Source of the DNA: Perkinsus chesapeaki ATCC PRA-425
Taxonomy: Eukaryota; Protista; Perkinsozoa
DNA: 41,424 nucleotides
NCBI GenBank assembly: GCA_013115145.1
Contig: JAAPAO010000302.1
Span: 1 to 41,424, forward strand
Reading direction: 5' to 3'
The notes beneath the pieces are model-generated. The model saw nothing but the letters and a program-made list of their open reading frames with translations. It was not told the DNA's origin and did not search any database. Shown in pieces: positions 22,910 through 34,561 of this stretch. A program made the position numbers and the translations under genes. Each line of letters starts with the position of its first letter. The stretch's first letter is position 1.

Positions 22910-25900
22910 ATGGTCCGCACTGCCACAGGCTTCCTACCAGAACTTGCTCAACTCAGACCCCGGATAGCCCCGTGGCTGATATTGTGTATCTTGGCGAGAA
23001 GCACGAAGTCGTACTGCTCCGCACTGAAAATGGCCATGTCTATCGGTAAGAAGCATGAACGTGACACTGCGGTCAGAACTGGGTTTTAGATCACCCGATT
23101 CCGGCATGTCCTGGCAAAAAATAACAGACAATCTGGGGGGCAAGGTGACCATGTAAGATGCACCTTCGGGGCTGTCTGCTATCGACGTAGCTGGTCAGGC
23201 AAGCCAGCAAAGATAACGAAACTCCGCCGGACACCGACAGGATCAAACGCATAGAACCTCATCCCGAGAAGGCTGAAGTCGTTCTTCTAGTCGGCGTGAA
23301 GCACGTGGGAGCACTGTGAGGGGTTGAGCTGACCCCCGGGATAGATTCACTATCTGAGCGAGGATGCCGGAAAGTCTTGGCGGCTCATCAAACACAAGGG
23401 TCTACACACGTACCTCTTCCATCCTACTGACCCGAAGTCGGTCCGAACACGCTTACTCTGGGGACGACTGTGAAATATCAGGTCGGCGCTAGTATCTTCC
23501 TGGAGTCAGTCCTGCAATCTTAACTTGCACGACCGCGATCCCAACGATGCCTGCCAGCACGCTTTGTACCGGACAAGCGTGAGACTTCAGGCCGGGCCGA
23601 GAAATCAATGAACTGCCATTAGGATGGCGGCAAGACGCTATCTTTAGTAGCGTCCTATGTCGTACAGTTCAGTTGGGGATCGACCAAGTTCGGCTCTGCC
23701 AACAGAATATACTTCACCCACCACAAGTAAGCAACCGCGTTGAAATAGAATGGATAATAGTCTAACTAAGCCAATTTCGGCGTTGGACTATAAACTCGCA
23801 CACACGTCCTGAGAGGTCCTGTCGTCTGAGTCATACGTAGATCTCCCGTGATGTATTCGTACTACAAATTTCGCAGGAAAAGAATCAAAATTGCCCGGAA
23901 ATTCCCTACCTACCTACACATGACTGATCATTAGCGCATACCTCGGCTAGTTTGTCATAGTACAAGAAAGAGAACAGTGAATTACCAACACAACGGTTCC
24001 TGCTCCCACTTGTCTCTGAATGAGACACCTCTTTGCAAAATATTGGATCCTACGATCGTTAGGAAGAAGTCTGGAGACCAGCCCCATCTATATGGTTGGG
24101 ACACCGATATCAATTTTGCGTACACCGACGACAATGGTACGTATATTTCGGCGCTTCCATCGAGAGGTTACGGTTTCAGGCCAGTCTGTGACGACACTGG
24201 TCTCTGGCGGCAACAAGTTCGTTATGACCAAAGACTACCTATTTGTGGCCTGGGCCGTTTCAGGAGGCAAGCCCCCTCTGCCAGCCTTCTCGACTCTCAC
24301 CGAGGTTTTCTAGGCGAAGCTGTTCGACTCGCTGTGTCGTCCGATGGCGCCAAATCGTTCGCAACGGCACGGATTCCTGTCGCGCTAGAACAGCACAGCT
24401 ACACCATTTTAGACGCCTCGCACGGTACGTGGGCATAGGTTCACACGTAAGGTCCCATCGCAGGGTTCGTCATGTTGCATGTTCATCATGGTTGGAAGAA
24501 CGGACGGGAAGTCGGGAACATTTACGCCAGCGACGCGACAGGAGCGCTCTTCTCACTCAGCCTTGCTAACGTGGTGAGAATCTTACTTCCCCGGTATGCG
24601 AGCTCCAAGTCCATTACGTACTTGGCTGGAGCTGAGACGACCTGCAATATCATGAGTTCCGTGGATTGTTCCCGGTTCTCAGGCGAGCAATCAAGATGGC
24701 GAAGTTGCCATCGAGCGCGTTGTGTCTATGGATGGTGTCTACATCGCGAACTACGTGGACGACCCATTGGTGGAGTTCTCTGAGGAAGAGGGAGAGCTCA
24801 ATGATGAAGAGGCCGCAGTAAAGGCCAGGCCTCCGTTGGCTATCATCGAAGACATTTCTTTAGGAAGGAATCCAATTCGAGCGCCATCATGGTGCAGTGA
24901 AACCATCCAAAGACGAGGACTACATTCGTAACTACCCGATGAGTTAGCGAGTTCAATCCGCGGTCAGGGACCGTTATTAGCTTTGATAACGGTGGCATGT
25001 GGTCCTACATAGAGGCTCCGCAGGAAGATCACGAGGGTCGGCACATAGAGTGTCCGAAATCAAGGTTGGGCAGACCTAGCTTCTAGACATGCAAAGTCGC
25101 TCGCACAGATGCTCGCTGCACCTCCACGTTATCTCTAACGAGGTAGCGTCGTCTCCGCTATATGCGACAGAGTCGGCGGTGGGACTCATCGTAGCACTAG
25201 GTCCGTGGAATCGACAAAACGATCGCGGAGGTGCTTTCGATCAGGGAATCTAGGACCGTATTTACGTCATGAACAAGATGAGATGGACACCTTCCTCTCT
25301 CGAGATGGCGGCCTAACATGGGAGCTAGTACACCCAGGTTGAAGAGCGTTTTCCCATACGTGGTTTTAATCGTTACCGACAAGGTTCCTATGCTTATGAG
25401 CTTGGAGATCATGGTGGACTCATTTTGGTGGCGGATGCCTCTCAGAGGACCAGCACGGTCGCTTTCTCCTGGAGCGAAGGCGCCGACTGGTAGCTAACAC
25501 GCCTACCGGCTTAACTGGACCCGCGCTCAGGTTCAACCTCGAGACTGGGGCGGAGCCGTTCCATGTTGACAACATTCTGACATCTGATACAGCGGCGTCT
25601 GTGAAGTTCCTAGTGTATGGCACGCGTGACTATGAGAGTAGGCCGACAGGAATTGCGGTAGCGGACACGCTTGGGCATTTCGGTTCGCTCAGGCGTAGTT
25701 CACTTTCTGGATTTCTCATCGGTTTTACCGCGAACTTGCAGTGGCTACTGGGCGCCAGATGCTCAGTCTAGTGACTACGAAACATGGACGCCAAGCGCAG
25801 GAAAGTAAGGGCTGTCGATCGTGGTCGAGCCAAAATAGCCCATCTGTGGGCCTGTTCTCGGCAGCTCCTTCTTGAGCAGGATTTCTGGTGATTCCTGTCT

Positions 25901-27511
25901 TCTGGGTCGTATTACGAATTACGTTAGGCGGAAATCCCAGGCGAAGTGCTTCAATGGTGAGTTATCGACTGCACAATTTGTAGCAGAATAGAGTTATTCA
26001 GGGGAGAAGTTCGAGCGTCCTATATTTAAAAATAACTGTCCGTGCACCTTTGAAGACTACCATTGTGCTCTGGGGTTCGCAAGGATACTAGGAGAGTCAG
26101 AGTGCAAACCTGTAGATGCTGATGCGGTATGCCCTGATCAAAGAGAATCAGATAAGCATTGCGAAATCATGCGGCTGTTGCTTCCCACAGGTGTTGACTC
26201 CAGAAGAAATGAAGTGCACCTCCTCCGGTGTCTACTTTGCCGATGCATATCGCAAAGTTCCCGGTGACACGTGCGAAGGAGGCTTCGTCCCCCCTCAAGC
26301 GCAGGTCCCGTGCCCAAGCTTCAGCCCGTTATCCAAAGGTAGGCAAGTCTCTCATCGTTCTCTAGGGTTGCCAAAGTGTGTCACCCGAGAAGCGAAATTG
26401 TTCATGGTGTGGAGAATCCTATTGTAGACAATGCACTAGTGGATGAAGGAGTCTCGGATGTAGTTTGAGATATAGACAATCGGAAAACTTCATTCACATC
26501 TGAGAGCACCTGCAACGACTTGTTGCCCAGGGGAACACGAGCTTGTTATTAACGAATACATTTTAAAGTGAAGTATGGCGTCTCGGCCTCAGGAGCACTG
26601 CTCGTGGTTGGGCTGATCGTTCTGGTCGTCGTGGTGCTCGGTGCGATGACCCTAGCATCTGGTGGAGAGGGCAACGGTGGATTTGAGACATTGAGGTTGG
26701 CTGAAATAATCCTCACTGCCAAGATGTAGTATTCCTTTCAGATATGTGAAGTATGCGACCTTGGGAAGGGCTGGTAAGGAGGCCCAAGGCTATATGAGCG
26801 ACAATGAGGCGGAGTGAGAAATGCCTTCGCGGTTTTCGATACACGACCGGGAATAGCTCTCATTCGCTTCAAGCTCAGCCGCTCGGCAGCCTTTAGTTCC
26901 CTTCAGACTTGCTGATGCGCCGCCGCTGGATGAATACTGTGCGAATGTTGGACGCTCGAAGAAGGGGGATGGCCAAGTCGTAAGAATCCTTTTCCTCTTC
27001 CAGCACCACATCATGAACTTATCGCCATCCTGTTATTCATTGGCGAGATGCCCCGCTACAGGTCCATCATAATATCGGCAGTGACTCTGAGGAATCTCTC
27101 GATTTTGATTTTGATAACGACGTTGAAGTGATGGGACGGGCTCAAGACCACCAGGTATGATTTTGTTCGATTGTGCTGGCTCCATCGCTCACCGAACTTC
27201 AAGACTCTTCTCTACGTATTCAATCATCGGGTGACCCCAAGTCTGTAAGCCGGTTGTGTGATGGGTTAGTGGTCGTGTATCTACCCTATTTAGTGATCGC
27301 CATGGAAATCAATGAGTTCATAGGCTCTGGAGCCATACCTACACATGACTCTTCCTGCTTAGCAATGCCGTCCGTTGAATCCACTTTGCCTTTTCAGGTT
27401 CGTATGCGCGCTGGTGGCCTCATTTCTGCACCCACGACTGTTCCGAAGCTTCAACCTCCGAAATCGGGGGTACCATTCAACAATGAAGACTTTCCCGTTG
27501 GCCCTAACTGA
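22910..27511 (+). CDS. Sortilin / VPS10-domain receptor, multi-exon
   Basis: Asp-box repeats RSPDSGMSW, VSSDGAKSF, SFDNGGMW, SRDGGLTW; YTILDAS and GNIYASDATG; Cys-rich 10CC region (CPCTFEDYHC, YRKVPGDTCEGG); TM segment ALLVVGLIVLVVVVLGAMTLA; acidic tail SDSEESLDFDFDND and VPKLQPP. Start and end are approximate. Confidence 0.9.
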
Positions 27512-27946
27512 GAAGATCCGACGCCGTTTCACCGCATGAATAGATTAGGCAAACAACTAATCCGCCGTGAACCACACACGTTTGCGTTGAACAGTCTCTT
27601 TCTGAGCGTCAAATGCCTGCGGTGCCCAGGTGGGTCGTTGCACGGCATACGCGGGGGCCACTGGTTATTTGTAAAGGTGAGGTGTCAAATCCGAGTTGTT
27701 AGAATCTTGTGTTTTCTATTGTACCACCGACTTGAGCAGTGACTTCTCAAGCGGATGATATTTACAGAAAAACAAGTTCTTACGACACTAACGGAACGAA
27801 ACACCACAGCAATGAAAAGCCAATGAAATATGCCATCTGATGGCCAAGTACTCGCGGTGTGCGAGGAAGCTAGAGTTACGAACTCTGTTTATGCAAAGAG
27901 GCAGGGCATAGAGACATCACCACGGCAGTTTATTTCACTTTCATCA

Positions 27947-28891
27947 TCACCGTGTCAGCGGATGACCATGAAAGAAATCAAAAACGGCTTTGCTAGTGCA
28001 CAACTTGCTAGGATCCTCTGTTTCACAGTCTAACCCCGGCCACCTATGTCTACGCCCTTCAACCTCAACCAGATACACAGAGTTCGAGTGAGGGCATCTT
28101 GGATACTTCTCGATAGTAGCGGCGCCGATGGTAGCCACCTTCTCACGCTCGTCGCTCTCGCAACCGAGGCGCTCTGCCCACTTAGAAATGTCTTCTTCAA
28201 CGGATGGGAATCTTAAGTACGATATGATCGCATTCGGGCTGCCATCGTATGGCACAACCCAGTCACCAAGCTGGTGCACTTTCATGAGGGAAAGACCATC
28301 TCTCTTTCCTCGATCAAACTTATTGTCACATGCTTGGAATGCCCCGTCAAGACCGGGGGGTAGAGTTAGAGTTCCCTCTATTGACGCCGCTTTACTAATA
28401 ATATTATAACACATAAGGGCCTCGGCCAGCATACCACCAGTACTAAAGCCGACAGCATACATGGGCAAGTTACTGACGCCGAAGTGTGACCTGAACAAGT
28501 CACGGATCTCCCGAATAAAACCAATATCATCAATGGTTGTGTTAGAGTTGCAGCAAGTACCGGCGTTATAGCCCCACCCAGGGATATTGGGTGATAGGAA
28601 CACATTGCTCGAAAGAGGGCAAGGTGTGACGAGCATTACATTGCTCTCTCGGGCTTGTTTCCTCACACCATAGGATTCCATCTTGTCTACGTGCCAAGTG
28701 CGGCATTCATCAAAGGGTTCCCAACCAGGCATAGTAAAGACAATGAATGACGGTTTTGTTGCTGGGGAGTAAGTCCAAAAAACTCTTCTCTCACCTTGGT
28801 GATCGAGAGTAACTACTTCATCTGTGTAAGAGTTGGACGAAGCCACAACATACAGTAGTGGAAGTAGAAGCGAGTAGTGAATTTGGGTCAT
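27947..28891 (-). CDS. Secreted alpha/beta-hydrolase, LpqC/PHB-depolymerase/feruloyl-esterase type (314 aa, intronless)
   Basis: Signal peptide; YNAGTCC; DDIGFI; nucleophile motif GFSTGG; HQLGDWVVP; catalytic His in HRWPG. Confidence 0.88.
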   Translation of the reverse strand: MTQIHYSLLLPLLYVVASSNSYTDEVVTLDHQGERRVFWTYSPATKPSFIVFTMPGWEPFDECRTWHVDKMESYGVRKQARESNVMLVTPCPLSSNVFLSPNIPGWGYNAGTCCNSNTTIDDIGFIREIRDLFRSHFGVSNLPMYAVGFSTGGMLAEALMCYNIISKAASIEGTLTLPPGLDGAFQACDNKFDRGKRDGLSLMKVHQLGDWVVPYDGSPNAIISYLRFPSVEEDISKWAERLGCESDEREKVATIGAATIEKYPRCPHSNSVYLVEVEGRRHRWPGLDCETEDPSKLCTSKAVFDFFHGHPLTR

Positions 28892-29312
28892 GAACGAGTC
28901 TGGGATTTAAGAATTGGGGAAAACTACATGCACATGGTTCACCGAACCAGAACATCTGAACTAAGTGAACTCATGCTAAGAGATTATCGCGGTTGTAGAT
29001 CGATTTCAAAGGAGGAATATCCCGAGGCTAGTAGAAACAACCACTGAGGAGCTGCTGCTCGGAATGAATTGGGAGACAGGGAGAGGAGAATCCATTCAAA
29101 CAACTGAAGTGCACTATTAGGTCTCAGCTACTTTTCCTACCAGGACTAGCTCCAGCACGCGAGGGAGGGAGGAGCACGCAGTACGATGTAGGGTCTGATC
29201 ATAAGAGCATCTGCGGCACTTCATGTACACAAGTCAGCGATTATGATATGGATATCATCATTGCAGCGCACGACTGGAGCGCCACCTTTCATGGAGTCGA
29301 TAACTATGCGAG

Positions 29313-29371
29313 GTAAGGACTCCTTACTAAGGAGACAGTCTCCTGGAGGCTGGCGAGTCGCCAGTGGCGAC
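29313..29371. repeat. Three overlapping 22-bp triple inverted scars
   Basis: 29313-29334 gtaagga ctccttac taaggag (perfect); 29330-29351 aggagac agtctcct ggaggct (1 mismatch); 29350-29371 ctggcga gtcgccag tggcgac (perfect). Confidence 0.9.
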
Positions 29372-29941
29372 CAAGCGGCATCGCAAGAAGTCAACGGCTA
29401 CACGAGTACACCGTGAAGGATGGAACGAACAGACCAATGTGGGGGCGTTTGGTATGGTGCCCGCAGCCTTGGCCGCCGACAGGCCCAGTCGGGAGTGTAT
29501 GGTATAGGAGGAATCGGAAGGTCGTGAAACACGAGTCGTGGGCCGTCAAGTGGAATGCGGGTGCGTACGGTTATAACTAGCTGTCAAGCCAACTGCTGGC
29601 CACTGTTCTGCGGCACAGAAACAGGAAGTGTCTACATGGACGTTCCGCACGCCGGCGAGTAGAGAAGGCTGCTATAGATGTGCTAAGTGATGAGGTGTAT
29701 GACAGATCTTTATTCCAACATACGCTGCTGCGCGGCGCCAACAATACGCGCATGCGTGCAAATCAGCAATTTGCAAAGCTTATTTTGCATTTTGCCAACT
29801 GTGCCCATTGCGCCTTCCACGGCTAAAGTGCGTTCGAGTGCGATCGGTCGTGAGCCTAGGAGCTCGAGCAGTGCGAACACTGACTGTTAACTCAAAAACA
29901 CCGATACTCAGAAACACATGTCCATCGATCCGGCACCCCCG

Positions 29942-32099
29942 TCATTGAATAACTCTCACGATTGAGTCATCGACCACGTATTTGTAAACGTTCATCTCCT
30001 TCTCTTCCGCCGCGGCTGAAATACCTCAGTCAACTTTACCACCTACTTTACTTACAGTCTATGCGCGACTCGAGCTCATCGTGCACTTTTTGATTATGCC
30101 GTAGGAAATAATCCTTATCGACTTTCTGTGACCACATTCTCATGCACAAGTATCTGACCGAATAAACCATAACAAACCACGCGAGCTTCACGTGGCGTCT
30201 CACTGGAAAGGAGATTGCTCCCATGCGATGGCCTTGTACATCCTCGTCCACTCATATCCTACCAACTCGAGGAGTGTTAACAGTAGCGTTACAGTGTCAA
30301 CTCACCTCGCTGCCGCTGAGCCAGGCGAGCTGCTTCGTTCCATGCAGACTCGAATTCCTTTACTTTTGACCGATCCACCTGTTTGCACTCATTAATACTG
30401 CACTTCTTCGTCGCTTACTTTATAGTATGTTATTTCCAAGTGGTCACTCGTTCGATTCGCCTGCTTATCAACATACTTATATGCTCCAATAACGGAGCCC
30501 AATACAACTGAGTTACCGTGGTTCCATGAAAGTCCCCTTAGAGACACCTACCTCCGTGTATTCCCCAAAGTAAGTTCTTTTCGGATACTGTCAGCTCAAC
30601 ATACCACCGCCACGCTTTGGACCTGAGGCAGCAGTACTCTTAAACGGCATCCTGTGCACTTACGGGAAGCTGAACATGCTCGTAGGGGTAAAAAAACTGA
30701 TACAACAGGACGCCTCCCGAAGAGGTTTCTAGCGGTAAAGCAAAGCAAAGACCAATTCACACAGAAACGTTGAAACACACCAGGCATGTGGAATTAGAGC
30801 TGTGCCGCACTCAAGTCCCCAGCCGTACGGGAGTCCGATGCAACTTCGACTATCGGGGCGCCCGAATGCTCACCCAAGGGGCTCTCCGTGAAGCCAACGA
30901 TGCGGACAACCTGCAAGACTGCCATGTAGGAGGCAGGAAGAGATAGACTCACGAAAGGCAGCTCAGTTTCCGCCAAGCGGCCGAACTTAGCTTTCCATGT
31001 CTTCATCTTAACCGCGTAAGAATCACCTGGCACCAATTCACTGTAGCCAACAATCTCTTCGCTGCCCGGCTTCTGAAACGTGTACCTAACACGCTACTAT
31101 CGGCTCAGCTTTGTAAGACAGACCTCCTACTCTCCAAGGGTCGGATCCATTACGAAGCGGCGCCACTGGTCTGATATGTTAACGCCAACTATGTACTCCG
31201 GGAACCGCTCGCTGCCAGTAAAGAGGAACGGTGCGTACACAGGCGCCTGAAATTCGCATGGCAGTAGTATCGACACAGCGTGCCTACCCTCTCCTCAGTC
31301 ATCTCCATGAACTGCTCCCTAGCACTATTATTTCCTACCACCGATGTATCGATCAATAGGGCTAGCTTCGGGAAGAGTAGGTCCAATTTGATCGGCTTAT
31401 CCGGGTCCTGTAGACAGTGGCATATAGCTCTACGCAGGGCATACCTACCCCAGCTTTGTGTGGTATAGTTAAATTCATGAGTCGAGCCCTTTTCGGTGCT
31501 GCCAGGTATAGTCCATGAGACTCAATCTCCGCTCTCAACTAAAGAGTCTTCTATACTTCTGCCTCGGCGTCGATAGCCTTACCACTTTAGACAGAATGGG
31601 TTTTCGTTCCCGATCAAATAGACGACAGTTTCGTATATCCTGACATTACAGTGCCGATGCCTGCTTAGCAACTGCTCTACCTGTACTAGTCGCTTCTTCT
31701 CCTTGATAAGATTATCAAACAAGAAAAGCGCTCCTTCCGGGCTCCCTTGTATCATCGCCAGATTCTCATCGCGGCAGGCGCATACCGTTCGGACATATTC
31801 TCGAACTTCCTCTGAAAAATGCAATAACCGACCTCCCTGCCTTACCTGTCCCTACCATCCTGGATGAACCGCGAAGATATCGGCTCCGTATATAGCCAAC
31901 TAGAAGGGTTCTTGTCGCAGCTTATATAAAGCCTAGAGCCACCCGGAACAAGAGCTATGCGACGCAGATGGCTGACAGCCCGGGGATATCGATGATCTAT
32001 GTTATCGAACCTGGACGCTGTGGAGGAGGGCGGATTTACGATGGAACTCACACAAGGCCGAGATTGCGCCAGTAGCGCCACTTGTCCAGCAGCATCCAT
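29942..32099 (-). CDS. Hypothetical protein, multi-exon
   Basis: Consecutive minus-strand ORF blocks (31842-32099, 31579-31824, 31189-31386, 30794-31036, 30048-30251) bounded by GT/AG, with a last exon AAEEKEMNVYKYVVDDSIVRVIQ*. No family recognised. Confidence 0.6.
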
Positions 32100-33295
32100 C
32101 TAAAAAATGGAACGGTACGAACTGTGTCACACTGGTATGTTCCGAGGTTTAGAGTCCGAACCGTATCGAGTAAGGCATTTCACCGGGCAACCGCACTCAA
32201 CGTTTTCCATCTACTTACCACACTACTAGCCTGAATTGTTCATTACCAATGTATGTCTATGCTACCAATCTCTATAGGAACACAATGAAGCTAAGATGGA
32301 CCTTTCCCGCTTCGGGAGTTCTCCAGCGGCTTTGTAGGACCTTCTCTACGTTACGCGAAATGCACCAGAGAGAGAAAGCGAAGAAAGCCCCCAAATTGAC
32401 CGGGAAAGCCCGTCAATTAGGGAATCTATCCATAACTCCCAAAGCTCGTCTGTAGTTATTCAGCCTCCCATGGCTCACCCTCGTCGCATCCACCGAATTC
32501 GAGCGACATTCCTGTAGTCTTCAGTATCGACACTATCGGACTTGCTATTCAGGAGGCGCATTTTCTCTTGTGTCTTGGCAAAGTCGCGACACTCCAAATA
32601 GAAAAGCTTCGAGGCAACAAACCCAAGGCACTGAGCGCGAGTATCTTGCTATTCGCCGATGGGACTTTACCTGAGCTCCTCTAATAGCCCACCACTCCTT
32701 TATAGAGTCCTTATATGAATGACAGCTGGCCTGGTCATCTTGGTAGTAACAGTCCCACCTACACGGGCTAGTGATAGATAGCGTTGAAGATCGATCTCAC
32801 AGGCATATGGTGCCACCTAGGCCCAAGCCAATAGTGGTCAGCTTCAGCGCACTCATTAACAAGACGTCACTATCAACAAAAACAACTGCTAAACGGAAAT
32901 CTTAGATAGTCTCAACCTGGCGGAGTCAACCATCAAGACCAACCAGAATTTTACCGCATGCCGTCATGCATGGCGAGTAGATATAAAATACTGTCGGCTT
33001 GCACTACTGGGGCTCTAATATAGATACGATAGCAATGATGCGCTGGTAAAGTATGTAAAACTAATGCCAATGAAAGACGATCCGTTCGGCCGACTAATGG
33101 TCTTCTTTTGTTAGCATCTCAACCGTGCTTCTTAGTATTCGTGAAGGAAAGGTCCCCCCCTTTACGAAAGCATTTCTATCACCTAAACCAACGCAATATA
33201 GTGAATAGCAAAACCATTCACAGTTACTCAACGCAAGCCAGAATCAGTCAGCCAAATGGTTCCAGAAAAAATACACATATTATACACTATCAAGT

Positions 33296-34366
33296 TCAAC
33301 TGGTGGGGGCTCGGTGTCTGGACCCCCGGGTCGACCAAGTTTCCTGGCCTCGGCTTGCCGCCGCTCCAAGATGGCATTGCCTCCGTTCAGCGCTATTTCC
33401 CTCGTCTCCATCTGCATACATAGATATCTGAAAGGGAACACGAACTAGAAGTGACTCATATAATAGGTCACTTACTCTCCGAGTAGCACTGTTATGGTGG
33501 CAGCTGATACATGCCAAAACCACCAGGAACCTGAGAAAGAGAGGTTAAGAGGAATTCAGGTAATGAAGGTGAAGTACTGAAAATAAGTCTAATGGGAATC
33601 ATATAAGATACATTAATGATGTGAAGAGCGTTAGAGAACATATACTGATGGTACAATAATAGTATCATATAGAGTTGCCCACACCAGGCACCGGGTAAGA
33701 ATTCTAATTATGATAGTGCTGACGTAGAGCCTGCGTCACTACACCGTTTGAAGATCGAATTGATGAAAGTCAAGACCGAATTAATAGAAACCAAGAACAA
33801 ACTAGTTATTTGTGTAGGGCCGCCACACCAGGAAGAAGGGTATTATCCAAATAGTCGATTGAGCTTTTGTTGACGAGGTACGTCAACATCAACGCTCCCA
33901 AGCGTTGGTGACATTTGTAGGTCATGACCGATGACGTACAAATCAATACTTTTCAAAAGTGAAAAGGTGATGGTCAGCTCTGAAAAAGTTGATGTATGGA
34001 CAAAACCAGTCACTGCTTTAGTCAGTACTACAGCCGTGGGTGTAAAACTGTTTATACAGAATAAAAGAAGCAAGAGTTACCAGTGTAGGCGTCCTACGAG
34101 TTCCAGGCACAAGGCTATACATGGGAAGTTTCTCAGCTTGAGCCCTCAAAACGTTGAGAAAGTAGGACGTTCAGTCGCGTTGACTACCACAGCGAAATTA
34201 CCAGTATGATGGTTGGTCGGCTACCAGTTGACCTTCGTGCTGGCCAATGCCAAAACGCCAGTTGCGAGAAATGGCTTGTAAGTTGCAAGTTGTAACAATT
34301 AGGCTCAGCAATCAGGTCAGTCACCGCCGAGCTTTCGCGCTCGATTAAGCTAGAGCGCGTAGCCAT
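33296..34366 (-). CDS. Possible multi-exon hypothetical membrane protein
   Basis: ATG at 34366 and several in-phase GT-AG-bounded hydrophobic blocks. No homolog recognised; the 3' end is uncertain. Confidence 0.25.
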
Positions 34367-34561
34367 CAGGCAATTGGCCCTATATTGGGAACCTTGTCTG
34401 TGGTGCTCTCAACCCAGGATGGGTGGCGAGTTATCACCCATCGCTCGATTAAGACCGTCAGGGCCGTCGTACAAAGTCTGACTGTGCTCGCCCAAAGACT
34501 TATCACATATTTCTTGGCGTAGTGCACTGCGCAATTGGACTGAGATCCCTCGAGAGTTCGC

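Noticed and set aside
29521-29542. tcgtg-aaa-cacga-g-tcgtg as another scar
   Set aside because: Only 10 of 14 constrained bases fit; it could be an old scar but is too degenerate to count.
29383-29580. Stop-free Trp-rich frame beside the triple scar as a transposase relic
   Set aside because: No ATG, and no DDE, BED or hAT dimerisation motif recognised.
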